Notes: a model not told the origin generated them from the sequence alone. 64,000 nt of DNA from the human T2T-CHM13v2.0 reference genome, Homo sapiens (GCF_009914755.1 NC_060944.1), one strand, 5' to 3'. Shown: positions 27,121-41,959, counted from the stretch's first letter. Translations and numbers: made by a program.

Positions 27121-28554
27121 GGAAGGAAGATTTACTATCAGCTCTACTAGTATAAACAGTCTCTGCATGCTTTTTTCCCCTCCTCACACTCAAGGATGGC
27201 AGCCCCTTATGCAAATACATTTCAAGGTAACTTAGAGACTGGAAGGGTTCCATCAGATCTGCAATTTAGAACGGCTGTTGTATTACTCACCCTTTCATCC
27301 ACTTTTCCTTGTACCCAGAGATGCAATTTTGTGAGTAGCAGGTTTGATACATGGTCTGTGCCATTATGTTAGGAAAATAGCATTTTGTCCTCCCTTTATG
27401 GAGAATGGGCTCAAGACCTTGTCCTCATTAATATTGAGTTCTAGCCAAATAAACTCCAATGGGTTGCAAAATCATGAAAGATGCTAGATCCCATTAGATT
27501 AAAACCTTCCAACAACTCTGAGACATTAGATTAAGAGGAGAAAAATAATAAACTGAATTGAGAAAACTCAACATACAACATATTTTTTAACCTATTGTCT
27601 TTACTAGGATAGAACCTTTCCAAAAAAAATTAATATGGATCATCTTTCTTAGAAATATGTCTTCATCACTCTGCCAATTTTTCTTTGTGTATACTTTATA
27701 ACACGGATAATTTTAACACTTTCAGTTAGATGCTGCATTCCTCATCCAGTAGGTGAACTCCAAGTACACAAAATCATTCCATTACCGGGTTTGACAGTGT
27801 AAAAGCCAGGCAGAAAACAAGCTGGCAGAGACAGTTTAATATAAACCTCCTCTGAGGATTTGAAAACAACATCACATTTGTTTCCTGCTCCTCATCTGCC
27901 CCCCTGTGATCTTTGTCTCTATACATGATAAAATATTTATAGCCAGAGCTCAGCATTTTTTCTTTCCCTTCACTGTTGGAATAAGGTATGTTCTGTGTCC
28001 AGAGGAGAAAGCAACATAATAGAAACTCTAAAAATTGAATAAGTAACTTTTGGTGCATAGAAAACCTAACCCACTCACAAATGGATTTTCTTTCATTCAA
28101 AACAAGAAAACTATGACATACGGGACTGCATTTTGGCAGAAATTATTTATGCATTTGTCCAGTGAAGGAAATCCTCTCTAGAGAAAATTCTCAGAGCATA
28201 CAGAACAATATTCTGTTTGGGGATTTCTCCAAATACAGATTGAGCACTATTTTATTTTTCTTTTCAGGTAATAATAAAACTCAGTTTTTGAAAACATCTT
28301 CACCTTTTCCTACAGGAAAATATCTGGTTTGAGTTTCTGGCCTTTTTGAGACATTTCCTTTGAGACAATAGAAGAATTGAGTTTCTAGGACTGTGAACTA
28401 TACTATTATCACATTACTGCTTTTTTTTCCCCATTTAGAGAGCAATTTATAATGTGTTGGCTTTTATTTTTGGAGTAACTCTTCTTTACACTGAAAAGCC
28501 AAGTGAACAATTATGTTTAGATATATTGATTTTCTGCTCCAATAGAAAAAGCAC

Positions 28555-28790
28555 TTACAGCTTGTATTAACTAGATGACCCAGGTTCTAGCCCATTGTGT
28601 TTGCCTTGTAAACTTAATTGACTACATTGTTCTGCCTCTGGGCTTCCTCATCCTAAAACCAAGGTAATAACAGGGTGTACTTCCTCTATAACACCTACTT
28701 ACACAATTTTCAGAGGATTAAATACAATGATGTATGTGTGAGAACTTTAGATACTGTAAGGTACTACACAACATTAGGTTTAGAAAAGCT
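28555..28790 (+). mobile_element. MIR
   Basis: cccaggttctagccc..gcctctgggcttcctcatc..gaggattaaat. Confidence 0.6.
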
Positions 28791-29071
28791 ATTTTAATTC
28801 CTGTGTTTAAGTTATATGGAAATTAACTTAAATTTAATCTGACACCTAAAATGGTAAAAGATAACAGTTTACAACTCCATTGTAATGTCTTTGGAGTGTG
28901 TGAATTCACTAACCTTCACTTCAATGAATCTGCACCTGTCCAAGCTGATTCTGCTGAGTTTAGATTTCCTAAGACAAAAGATGAGATGGGAGAAGAGTGG
29001 TGAGAGAGTTAGACAGAGATAAATGTGCTACTAGGAAGTGAGTTTTTCACCATCACTCTCCTTCTTTAAAA

Positions 29072-30106
29072 CAGGGATTCTTAACTGGGGGTCGTAACTG
29101 TCCCTGAGCTCAATTAGATAGACTTCAAGGGTTCCATGAATCTGGATAGAAAAAAAGTTATTTTTATTTTTATTAGTCTTTAACAGTCAATAAATCCCAA
29201 TAATACTGGAAGGAGCTATGACCAAAAAAACACAAACCCTTTCATATTACAAGTGTTGCAGATGCCTGGAAATATCATGTATACTTTGAATGCACAGCAG
29301 TTAGTAGACTTGCTGTTAGATCTTCTTATACTGCAAAATCAAGAAATATATATCACCATAACACACATTTATTTTATTTAATGTTTTGATAGCTCTGTAT
29401 CAACATTATTGCCTTTTAAAAATAATCCTAGGTATTTTATTTTACACATTAAAAAATTATGTTGCCACTGTGATAATAGCAATTCCACTCCCAGGTATAT
29501 ACCCCAAAAAACTGAAAACAGGCACTGAACAGAAATGTAGTATAGGAATGTTCATAATGATACTATTCATAATAGCCAAAAGGTGTTGTAACAGCCAAAT
29601 GACCATCAAGAGGTGATTGGATAAATAACATGCAGTATATCCAATCAGTCGGATGTTATTCAACAGAAAAAAGAATAAAGTACTCATACATGCTAGTGTG
29701 GATGAACCTCAAAAACATGTCAGGGGAAAGAAGGCAGGCACAAAAAGTCAAATATTTTATAAGTGTACTTATATGAACTATCCAGAATAGGTAGATCCAC
29801 AGAGACAGACAGCAGATTTGTGGTTACCAGAGACTTGGGAACAGGAAAATGAGGAGTAACTGCTTAATGGGTACAGGGTTTTATTTTGGAGCAATGGAAA
29901 TGTTTTGGAATTAGATAGAGGTGGTAGTTGCACAACTTTTTGAATGTACTAAATGTCACTAAGTTGTTCATTTTAAACGAGTTAATTGTTTCATAAATTT
30001 TATCTCGATAAATATGCAAAATAAAACATTTTGTAAAAATTGGTACCTGGTCTTCTGGAGACTGCCAAAGACGTCTCTCTGTGGCACAGCGAAGGATTAA
30101 ACCCTG
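29072..30106 (+). mobile_element. Charlie4a-like hAT element split by an L1MB
   Basis: Terminal repeats cagggattcttaac / ttaaaccctg; agactgccaaag near the right end. Confidence 0.65.
29475..30015 (+). mobile_element. L1MB 3' end
   Basis: gcaattccactcccaggtatatacccc; tgaatgtactaaatgtcact. Confidence 0.8.
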
Positions 30107-30258
30107 GATATAAAGGGTTTCCCACCATTATATGGGCTCCTCTTCCCGTGGCTCAATCGAAGGACTCGGGCTTGGCATCACTTAACAGTGATCCAGATAT
30201 TCCTAGCATGCTGGAGTGCTCCCTGAAGGCTCCACAGCTATATAGGAGCAAGAATGTT

Positions 30259-30572
<314 letters not shown>

Positions 30573-31070
30573 AAGAATGTAGCCAGTGAGCACAAAGCTT
30601 GCTATCAAAGCCATTCATAGTTTTTGTGTGTGTGTGTGTGTTTAATGTACTTCTAATATTAACTGGGAAATATAGTTCAGAAAATAGAGCATGACTAAAA
30701 GCTTTCCAGGTAAAGGTAATATTTAGCTATCACAAAAACTATACATTTAAAATGTCCAGAAGCAATAGACTTTAATATTTCAGTGGTAGGATTTTCCTGT
30801 GCTGTCACTTCTCCCATATATCATGTTTTGGAAATATTTTCATTCTAGCTGTAATGCTTCTAGAACTTTATTCCTTTAGGCTATTTTTTAAAATTCAAAT
30901 ATACTTTATAATATCCACTATTAACATGTACCATGAAGAAAGAAAAAGAGCTGGTCTAGAATGAGAGTGACAGAAAATTACTAGAGAAAGAGGTTAAGAA
31001 GTTCATTCGAAGGGAAACTTGAATGAACTGAGTGAGTGAGTGAGTGTTATAGACAACAGCAGGGTCAACA

Positions 31071-31140
31071 GTCATCCAGGCCAGGGAGTTAGCATGTACA
31101 AAATGTCATCCAGGCCAGGGAGTTAGCATGTACAAATGTC
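31071..31140. repeat. Tandem duplication, 34/33-bp unit x2
   Basis: gtcatccaggccagggagttagcatgtacaaa(a)t occurs twice. Confidence 0.95.
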
Positions 31141-31229
31141 CTGAGGTTATCAATGTTTATAAATAACAGTGAAGACTTGTTTGGCTGAAGCAGAGTCAGT
31201 GAGAAAAGAGTGGTATAAAAACAAGGCAA

Positions 31230-31530
<301 letters not shown>

Positions 31531-31551
31531 TTAAAAAGGCAAGGTAAGTAG

Positions 31552-31962
<411 letters not shown>

Positions 31963-32344
31963 TAAAACGAGGAAGCCATTGACGAGCGTGGAGCAGCGGG
32001 TGCATGATCTAACTTACATTTTAAAAGTTTCCTTGGAATTGGTGGAAACACTGCAGGAGGGAAAAACTGAAAGTGGGAATATTAGTTAAGAGGCTATCAA
32101 GTTTGCACAGGTGAAGAATGGCAGCGGGTTTGCACAAGGGTAGGAGCAGTAGTGGGAACAGTGAGACGTGGTTCAATTCTAGATGTATTTTGAAACTTTA
32201 GTTGACTTATTGATGGCTTTGAGGTGCAAGGGAAAGTATTTTGGCCTGAGCATCAAGATGGATAGGAGTTCTATTTACTGAACTGGAGAGAATCAGATTT
32301 AAATGTGTTGGTTAGAAAAACCAAGGGTTCAGTTCCAGATGCCA

Positions 32345-32845
32345 TGATAGATTACAAAAATAAAATACGGCCTCAATTCTTCATCTTTCACTGTATAAGT
32401 GCTTTTTACCAGGTAACATTGTAGGTCACTCCCTCTCTGGCTCTAGGTTTAGCCATGTGATTTGATTTGCTCCATGGGACATTACTGACATCTCCACATT
32501 TTCAAATACTTGTGCATTTCGAACTGTTCTTGCATCTCTGCCATCATGATGAAATCTGTCCAGCTGGCAGGTGCAGAATGAGACACATAAGAAGAGAAGC
32601 CATGTGGCCCTGGTCACCCTGGGCAAAGGCAGCCTAGATTAGGGAACGGTCACCTGAGAAGTATGTGCAAATCCAGCCAAATCACCCGAGCTATCTAGTC
32701 CACCCACTGCAGTTGCCTGACGATGCATGAGCAAGCCCAGTCTAGATCAGCTGAACCTCACAAGTTTGTGAGCTAAATAAATGTATAAATAAATTTGTGG
32801 CTGCTTATTATGTAGCATTTTCATGGCAATAGAGACCTGACTCAG
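32345..32845 (+). mobile_element. MLT1-family MaLR LTR
   Basis: gccatgtgatttgatttgct..; ttatgtagcattttcatggcaatag end. Confidence 0.65.
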
Positions 32846-33290
32846 GATGTTTCCTTTTCACCCAAATATGAGTAATGCAATAGCACCTCATGTCAGCCAA
32901 TCTTAGTCTGTGGGCAACAGAACACTGCCCGTCCATTCTAGATTGCTTGCGCATTACAAATGTAGCAGAAAATTTGTAACAGAAACTGAAGCATAAATGA
33001 ATGACTAAACCACAAAATCGAGGTTATTTACTTCCACAAGCACATTCCAAAAAAGGCCCAGCTTGGCTGATCCAAAAAAATTTTTTTTAATTTGTAGTTT
33101 ACGGAGATTTATTTATGTTTTTAGTACCAAAGTATGATATTTTTAAGAGTTATTGTCAAATTTGAGAAACTTCTCTCAAGTGTAAGTTTTCAAGGCACTC
33201 GTTTTCTTTGAATTGCCAACCTTCAGCTACTTATTTGTCATCAGTGTCCTCATTGACTTGGTTTTCGATATTCTCTTGCACATTAAGGAA

Positions 33291-35170
33291 CAGAGGTGTA
33301 TGTTGCATGAAGCCAATGAAGCCAAAAGCTCAAGGCCACTCACTTGTTCGTGGACATTATGGGCTTGGGAAAAGCCCTAGAAATATGTTCACATGGTCAT
33401 ATATCTTTACAAAATGTATCAAATAAGAATTTTTAACAATGACTTTCAGTATCACATTTCTTTCTAGGTGTTTCTTGGAGTTGGGGTAGCTATGGTTATT
33501 TGGGGGCTCCAGCTAAGAGGGAGGTTGTTGGCAATGCATTTGGTTTGTAATTAATGGGATATATGTATGTGTTTTGCACTCAATTTCCATTATAGTTCAT
33601 CTTCGCTAGTCATTCCACTGTAGGAATGGCTTCCAGGAGTTCTCCAGCATCTCCATGTACTGACTCAACCGGCATCATAGCACAAAGATTCAGGATGAAA
33701 GAATGAAAAAGACCTAGTATTTGCTAGCACAGTAGCATAATTATAGTAAAAAAAAATTTTAATTGCATATGTTAAAATAACTAAGAGTATAACTGGATTG
33801 TTCGAAACACAAAGGATAAATGCTTGAGGTGATGGACATCCCATTTACCCTGATGTGATTATTACACATTGCATGCCTGTATCAAAATATCTGACATAAC
33901 CCATAAATATATACACTAACTACATACCCACAAAAATTAAAAATTTAAAAAATTTTTAAAATAAAATGGAACACACACACACAAACAAACATGCAGGATG
34001 AGAGGGCATATTGCATATAACTGTGCCCTGCAACACTAGATGTATGTGCCTGGAGGAAGTCTGCCTTTTATAAAGCTTCATAAGCCCTGCAACATGGGTG
34101 CAACTATGTGCTGAGGATGCTACAAAGTATTTGCAAAAATTTACAGAAATATGGTTTAGAAAATTGTCAAGGTGGGAATATATCATTTAACTGCAATAAG
34201 GAAAGATGTTTTGAAGGTTATTATTAAAACAAGAGAGAAATTAAACTTTTCTGCTTTGATTGCATAAAAATAAGACTGTACCATTTTTGGTCATCTTTAA
34301 ATTTATTTACGATGTAATGGAAGAAAAGCTAAGAAATAAATGAATGGAACATGAAAAAACAATTAAATGATTAAATCAATAAAAATTATTCTTATATCAA
34401 GAAGCCCCTTACGGCAAAAGAATTTTCAACACACACCAACAGCAACAATTTATTAGAAGGAAAATTTTGAATAGAAGTAATGTTTTGGTTCTTATTCGAT
34501 AAATTTAATTAATGAAGAAAAGTGAATCATGAACATGGGGAAATATTTAAATTCTTACAGATTTGACACAAAATAGTAACAAGTATGGAGAGAACACAAA
34601 CTCGTCGTAGTCAGAACAAGGAAGACATTGATGAGCAACTGGTGATGTATTTAATCAGTTTAAAGAGTATTAAAACTAGTCATTATATGAGTAAATTTTA
34701 AATGCACTGATATGTTATATTCAAGAAATGCAATAAAGATTTTCCAAAGTTTGATAATGCTAAAAAAAGTATGTGCCATTACAAATAACAAATTATGACT
34801 CCAAAAGGCATTTTTTAAAATTTCAGTAATAAGAAAAAAAATTAATTTGACATCCTAGAGGAAAGGCTGTGTTATATTTCTATTTTCTCTATAGAATGAT
34901 GTTTCAAAATAATTTTTATATTTAAAGGTAGAGAGATAATCAAAACATTTACAGCCCATATTTGTAGGAGTCAAGGTATTATAGAGGTGGGGTGGGCAGT
35001 TTCTTAATAAAGGTACCTTGTCTCTCTGATTTTGTGATGTTTTCATTGTCAGCTTTTTAACTTGGTTATTTGTCATAAATAAGTTTCCCATTCTAAACAA
35101 ATTCTCACCTAAGTTTGAATCCACAGACACAGCTTCCAAACTCATGTCTTTTTAGGCTTATGGATCCTGT
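33291..35170 (+). mobile_element. Zaphod/MER115-like hAT-Tip100 fossil
   Basis: 5' end gaagccaatgaagc..caaggccactcacttg..gccctagaaatatgttcacatggtcatat; AT-rich decayed interior. Confidence 0.6.
33699..33965 (+). mobile_element. L1MA (about L1MA2-3) 3' end inside the Zaphod
   Basis: acacaaaggataaatgcttgaggtgatgga...acccacaaaaattaaaaat; caggatga on both flanks. Confidence 0.85.
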
Positions 35171-35571
35171 TTGGTGGGCCATTGGCTACTTTTCTTGAAT
35201 ATGATTGCTCAGAAGTTTAAATTTAAGAAGTCAACTGAAATATATATAAAGGACAATCACAGTTCAATTGACTTAGAAACATCGCAGTCAAAAAGTAATA
35301 GCCTCAGCAGCTCTGTCTGTATTTGTGATGGCTTGCACACAGCGATTTAACTTCTGGAATTCATCTACCTTGGGTGTTGTGTTCAATAAACTGAAATCCT
35401 GATAAGAATAAGTGATTCTAAGTGAAAATGATGTTAACTAAATGCAGGTCAAAATTGAGTACAGGGATTTTTTTTAAGCAAATAAAAGTATAAATAGAAC
35501 TTTGATTATATGGCTGAAGGGGAAAGGCACAAGGATTTTTCACCAAGTATTTAAAAGTATTAGTGACCAAA

Positions 35572-35728
35572 GGGGAGGGAGAACATTAGAACAAATACCT
35601 AATGCACGCAGGGCTTAAAACCTAGATGACGGGTTGATGGGTGCAGCAAACTACCATGGCACATGTATAGCTATGTAACAAACCTGCACATTCTGCACAT
35701 GTATCTCAGAACTTAAAGTAAAAGAAAA
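35572..35728 (+). mobile_element. L1PA7/8-like 3' end, about 157 bp
   Basis: aaatacctaatgca..gggcttaaaacctagatga; 19-bp TSD aaaagtattag(t/c)gaccaaa. Confidence 0.92.
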
Positions 35729-36217
35729 AAAAGTATTAGCGACCAAAAAGGATGATCAACTATGTATGCTAGACACCAAAGAGGTGTGCTCTGGGATATG
35801 ATTAATTCAACAGAATAGTAAAAGTGGAAGTTATGAGTTTGGAATGCCTGGTCCAAAGGCTTTGCCAATTAGAATCTTCATAATTTTTAAATCTAGTGCA
35901 GTTCCTGAAGTTGTATGGCCTTTGTTTTCTTTCTAGAAATCCTACCAATCTTAGCATTTGAATACAGGGAATATCAAACGTGTATACTTCATTTAACCTA
36001 CTGTAAATGAGTCATACTTCAACATTTTTCTAATTGGCAAAAAAATACATTATTTTTTAAGAGGTAGGAAAACATAAATTATTTCTGTATTACTTTTGTA
36101 ATGGCAAAGCTGTAGCAAATTAAATACTATCAAAAGTGTACTATACGGTAAAGGTTGCAAACTGATGACCCAAGGGCAAAATCTTTTCACTGATTAACCA
36201 AATCAGTGTTTGAAGTG

Positions 36218-37362
36218 GGAGGTTTATGATGTCATGTGTTATTACTGGTGAAGTTAACCTTCTTCATTTGGTTAAGGTGGGGTCTGTCACACCATAAAAA
36301 GTTACTATATTTTTCCCTTTGCAATCAATAAATATCTTGAGGGTGACATTTAAGATTATGCAAACATCCTGCTCTCTACAAACTTTGTCCCAATATTTTT
36401 AGTATCTGTCAGTAGATTGTGTCTGCCACAATTGTTACTATGCTATTTGCCAAATGGTAATTTTCTGTTTCTCTCATTCCTTCTATGTTTATTAATTAGA
36501 ATTCTTCAGTCAAGGAGAGCTGTCCCTTCTCCCCCATTTATTTATTTATTTATTCAATTATTTATTCATTTATATCACCATGTACATGTGGATATTTATT
36601 TTATTCTAAGGGTTATAATGCAAAACTCTTGCATATAATGCAAAATGATTTTATATTTGGTTGCCCCAATTTTTCCAGTTCTGGCCACTTGGGGCTCCTG
36701 CATGTTGGTTTCCGTGTCCTGTGTACATGTTCTTATTATTTTTGTGTGCTACCTTCCTTTTTGGCAACACAAAAATTCTGAGCAGTTCTCATAGTTTCCC
36801 TGCCCCAGCCATGGACTCAATCACTTCTTCAAGGAGACTCATTTTCTTTTATTGGAGAATGGTGTTTAGAAACCACCAAGATCTGGGTGCTAGGTGCTAT
36901 AGTTTGAGTGTATGTGTCCCCCCAAAAATTTATATGTTGGAACTTAACCCCCAAGGTGATAATATTAACAAGTGGGGCCCTTGGGAGATGATTAGGCAAT
37001 GAGGGCCCTGCCCTCATGGACAGGATCTACGGCCATAAAAGAGGCTTCAGAGAGCTGCTTTTGCCCTTCCATTCCTTCCACCACATGAAGACACCGAGAT
37101 GGTGCCATCGATGAGGAAGGATCCTCCACCAGACACTGAACCTGGTGGTGCTTTGATCTTGGATTTCCCAGACTCCAGAATCACGAGAAATAAATTTTAT
37201 TGTTTCTAAGTCACCCAATCCCGGGTACTTTGTTATAGTGCACAAATAAACTAAAATAAGAGGTGCGCTGTTTGCTACTGGGGTGTCATTAACTGTAGGT
37301 TCTCTCAGAGTTAGGAAATATACATATGTGTACTAACCCATGCATGTGCACACATCTGTATT
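36218..37362 (-). mobile_element. L1MC4-like fragment, antisense
   Basis: ttactggtgaagttaac; ttttattggagaatggtgtttagaaacc. Confidence 0.7.
36895..37258 (+). mobile_element. MST (MSTC/D-like) MaLR LTR
   Basis: tgctatagtttgagtgtatgtgtcccc...cttggatttcccagactccaga..tttgttatag. Confidence 0.85.
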
Positions 37363-37608
37363 ATAGATAACCTCAATCTAATCACAAGAAGCCTTCAGAC
37401 TAATCCAAATTGAGGGATATTTTACAAAATAGCTGAATAGTACACTTCAAAAGAGTCAAATTCACAAAAGAGGAAGGAAAAATAACTCAGTTTGCAAGAC
37501 ACTAAGGAGACAACAACTAAATACATTTTGGATCTTGGACTGAACAGAGAAAGGATGTTAATGAGAAAACTGATGAAATCAAACAAGGTCTATAAGTTCA
37601 GTTTACAG

Positions 37609-37818
37609 CAGGAGTTGGCAAACTACAGCCCATGGCCAAATCCTTCCTAGATCTGTTTTTTTTTTTTGTAAATAAAGTTTTATTGGAACACAGATACCTT
37701 CATTTGTTTACGCATTGTCTATGACTAATTTCTCACTACAATAGCGGAATTAAGTCGTAGTGACAGACACCTAAAATAGTTCCTATCTGGCTTACTACAA
37801 AATAATGCCAATTCTTCA
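37609..37818 (+). mobile_element. MER58A (hAT-Charlie)
   Basis: caggagttggcaaactacagccc..gtaaataaagttttattggaacacag. Confidence 0.85.
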
Positions 37819-37918
37819 TTTATAGTATTGTGCCAATTTAAAATTCCAATTTTGGGTAATTGTATTATGGTTATACAATATGTTAACATTAAGGATGAAG
37901 AACATATGGAAATATTTA

Positions 37919-38159
<241 letters not shown>

Positions 38160-38359
38160 TTATTTGAATGAGATGCTAACATTTAAAATACAGGAGATTT
38201 CACATAAAACTTCTGTTTGTAGTTTCTTTTGAAAAGTTAGGATGTCTGATAATGGTGGCCAACAATCAGAGCAAACTGAAAGTTGGTACCTTTGATTAAT
38301 GTGTATGATACTGCTGGTTGTTGTCTCAATATCCACTTCCATAGCATCAGAATCCTGAT

Positions 38360-38655
38360 TTTATATAGGCACGAGGTATTATATAAAAGACCATATTTCT
38401 CAGTATCTCTTGTACCCACAGGTGGTCAATGGAATGCAAGCACAAGCGTTTTAGTGAGACTTTAGGGAAAGCTCATTAGAATGAGACGGCAGGCTGAATG
38501 AGCCCTATTTGATCTTCCCTGCTTCTACTGATTCTTGCCTAGAAAATTGATGTGATGGCTGGAGTTTCAGCAGTCCTCTTGGACCATGAAGTGAGAAAGA
38601 ACTCATATATCTATCCCCACTGCAGGTAGAGCTCAAAGATAGAAGAAACCTGTGG
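38360..38655 (+). mobile_element. Old MLT1 LTR fragment
   Basis: gatgtgatggctggag..cagcagtcctcttggaccatga. Confidence 0.55.
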
Positions 38656-38690
38656 TAGATTTGCTGTGTTTTGTTTTTTTGTTTTTTTTA

Positions 38691-38950
<260 letters not shown>

Positions 38951-40008
38951 TTAGAATTTTTCAAACAAATGCTAAATCATGTTCTCCTAAAAACAGTCAT
39001 AAAAATAGACATGTAAAATAATTAGTTATTTATATGATAGCAGATTTTAAAATATTTAAGATTATTTTTATTAAATATATAAGAAGTGTGTATTAAAATA
39101 TATTAGAAGTGACAACCTATAAATTAAAATACTTAAGAGCTATTAACATTTTATATCTCTAACAAAAAGTAGTACAATTCAAATTGATGTTTTTATATTT
39201 ACTATTTTTAAACTAAATGCCAGCTTTCATCAATAAAATTACCATGACAAGAGGATGTTTCAACTTATTAGTGCTACTATACTGCTATGTTTTCAGATAA
39301 ATTTTTAAAAAGTACACTTCTGTGGAACCTTCTGCTTTTAAACAATTCTCTCAGTTACATAAGAAACTTAGGAATGTCAAGCCCTTGCTTTCAATTTAGG
39401 TATTTATCATTTCTTCTGCGTCACAAGCCTTTACCAAAAAAGCAAGAATATATGCACGCTTACGAGTGTCTCAGGCTCTGAAGACTCTTTGTAAAAGGTA
39501 GAAAGCTCTTGACAACAAACTGGAGAAGCTATGATGATATCGGTGTGTTCTTACATGTCATGCTGACTCCTGTGGATTGAAGGCATACACATACACCACT
39601 AAATTGCAGACACAAGCAACCACTATTAGCCCAAGCAAGTGATTTTCTGTTTCACTAAGCTCTGATTGCTGATTTCAAATTCTTGTATGCTGGTTTGCTG
39701 TGCTAACCCTTGATCTATTATATAAGGACTCAGCCTTATCTAATGAAAAATGACTGGGATTCACATTTGCCAATGGTTAACAGGAAACGTTTCCCAAAAG
39801 CAAATCCAGAGGTTAGATAAGAGAAAATTCCTGTGCTGCCATATTCAGCAAGAAACATCAGTGAGGTCCAGTGAACACTGACATAGTGGGAGAAAGCTTG
39901 GGTGGATATTATCTTGACAAGGCTTGATGTATGTAGGGACTGGGGGCTTCATTCACCAACACATTTTGGTTGAGCATATCCCCTTGGTGAAGAAACAAGC
40001 TCTAAAGT

Positions 40009-40404
40009 ATCACTGTCTAATAGAAATATAATGTGAACCATAAAACATAATAATATAGAAGGTCTGAAGTGAATATAAAATGTCAAAATTAATAGAACAA
40101 TTTTATAATCACATTATAATCAAATGTGAGTCACAAATATAATTTTAAATTTTCCAGTAGCTGCATTAAAAGGAAAAATAAAGAGGTGAGTTTAATTTTA
40201 ATAATGCATTTTATTTAACAAAATATAACCAAAATATCACCATTTCAGCATGTATCAGTAACACATTTTCACTCATTTTTTTCATAATAGGTCTTTAAAA
40301 TCCAGTATGTGTTTTATGCTTTCAGCACAAATCAATTTGGAGTAGCCACATTTCAAGTTCTCAGTAGCCACATGTGGTTAGTGGCTCCTGTATTGGGCAT
40401 TCAA
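40009..40404 (-). mobile_element. MER33 with a foreign insert
   Basis: ctgtctaatagaaatataatg...agccacatttcaagttctcagtagccacatgtgg; TSD-like ctctaaag/gtctagag. Confidence 0.85.
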
Positions 40405-40859
40405 GTCTAGAGGAACTCTGTGATTTACTGTGATGGTTAAAGGATCTTTGGAATAGCAATAACCAGAGAGGAAAACAATGACATTTCAAATATAACAGAT
40501 TAATAAAATTTCTAAAACATGTTGATAGAAATTATACTAGCAAGACAAAAGCTGACACCAACTAGTTGGGGTTTTATTTTAGTTTTAAAATATGCCTGTT
40601 CTAAAGCAGATACTTTGCAGTGTAGAGGAAGTATGTTAATGGAAATTGGCTCATTTGTAACTAAAGTACTTTGCAAGTAGACGAATTGTGGGGACATTAA
40701 AGTATGCCAGAATAAAATCCATTAAGCCTTAGTTAAAATCCCAAGCAAATAATAAAACACATTTATTTATATTCTGCAGCGTGGGTAATAAAACATAATA
40801 ATATAGAAAGTCTGAAGTGAATATAAAATGTCAAAATTAATAGCACAGTTTTATAATCA
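40040..40859 (+). repeat. 72-bp direct repeat (40040-40111 and 40788-40859)
   Basis: 69/72 identical by eye. Confidence 0.95.
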
Positions 40860-41959
40860 GCTTCCAATGAAAGTATTAGTCTTTAAAACAGAATTCATTT
40901 ACATGGAAAATTGACATGTAAGGATTTTCTCTTGAGTCAAATGAGCTCATTTAAATGATCTATAGATACATTAGGTCAAATAGAAGGTACAGAGGTCAGG
41001 TGGCATGTCAAGCTGTAAAACTTCTAGCCAAAAATTAGTACTGCATCAAAAATGGAAAAAACTCACTCTTCTGAAAGTTTAAGTTAAAAAAAAAGTTTTA
41101 ACAGCTTAAGTACTCTAACATCAATAAAATATTTCAAGCATTAAGGCTGCCAAATTACCTGATAACTCAGTAATACTTAAAGTGTGCTTTCTAGGGTAAA
41201 TTTTCATTTGCATTCCAGGAGATTATGAAACAAATAGTTTGTACCAAACATAAATGGAAAAAGTTATGCATTTTTAAAACTTTCTGATGATATATTATGC
41301 ATGTGTTCATTATAGAAAAATTGGGAAAATGCATAAAAACACAAAGTAGAAAAAAAATCACTCAGAATTCCAGTACTCAAGACATTGTTGACATTTTAGT
41401 CTACATCCTTCCAGGTTTAAATTAGCATAATTATTACTGCCAGGTCTTTGTGATAAAATAAACTCATGTGAGCTCTCTTGTAGATCTGATTCCTCCAATA
41501 GCTCTGATAATTCCACTTGGTACATACATACCCACACACTTCCCTTTCCTACACAACTGTCTACCCAAGGGCTATAGGGAGTTCAAGGGTTCTCTAATCT
41601 TGGATTGGTCTGTCAATATCTGTCTCCTGTTTTGCTCTTTCTCTCACTCCATCCTCTTCAATCATACCCCAACAAAATCCCCAAAATAGTAAGACCTCTG
41701 TCTGGACATGCTTTCTTCCAGTTAGCTCTAAGATTTGTAATTCTCCCTTATTTGAGAAGAAATGGTGCTTGCGTAGACACCAATTATCATCTTTGATTAT
41801 TTAAAACCCTAAAACAGTAGCATAATCTGGAAAAGACATCAACTTCTCTCTCTTACCAATACTGTTGGAACTAGCTGATAAACATAACACTTTGTTTGTA
41901 TTTTACTGGACACTAATTTGTGTCTGGAAGAACCTACTTTCTCAGAACTAGATTTAAAT

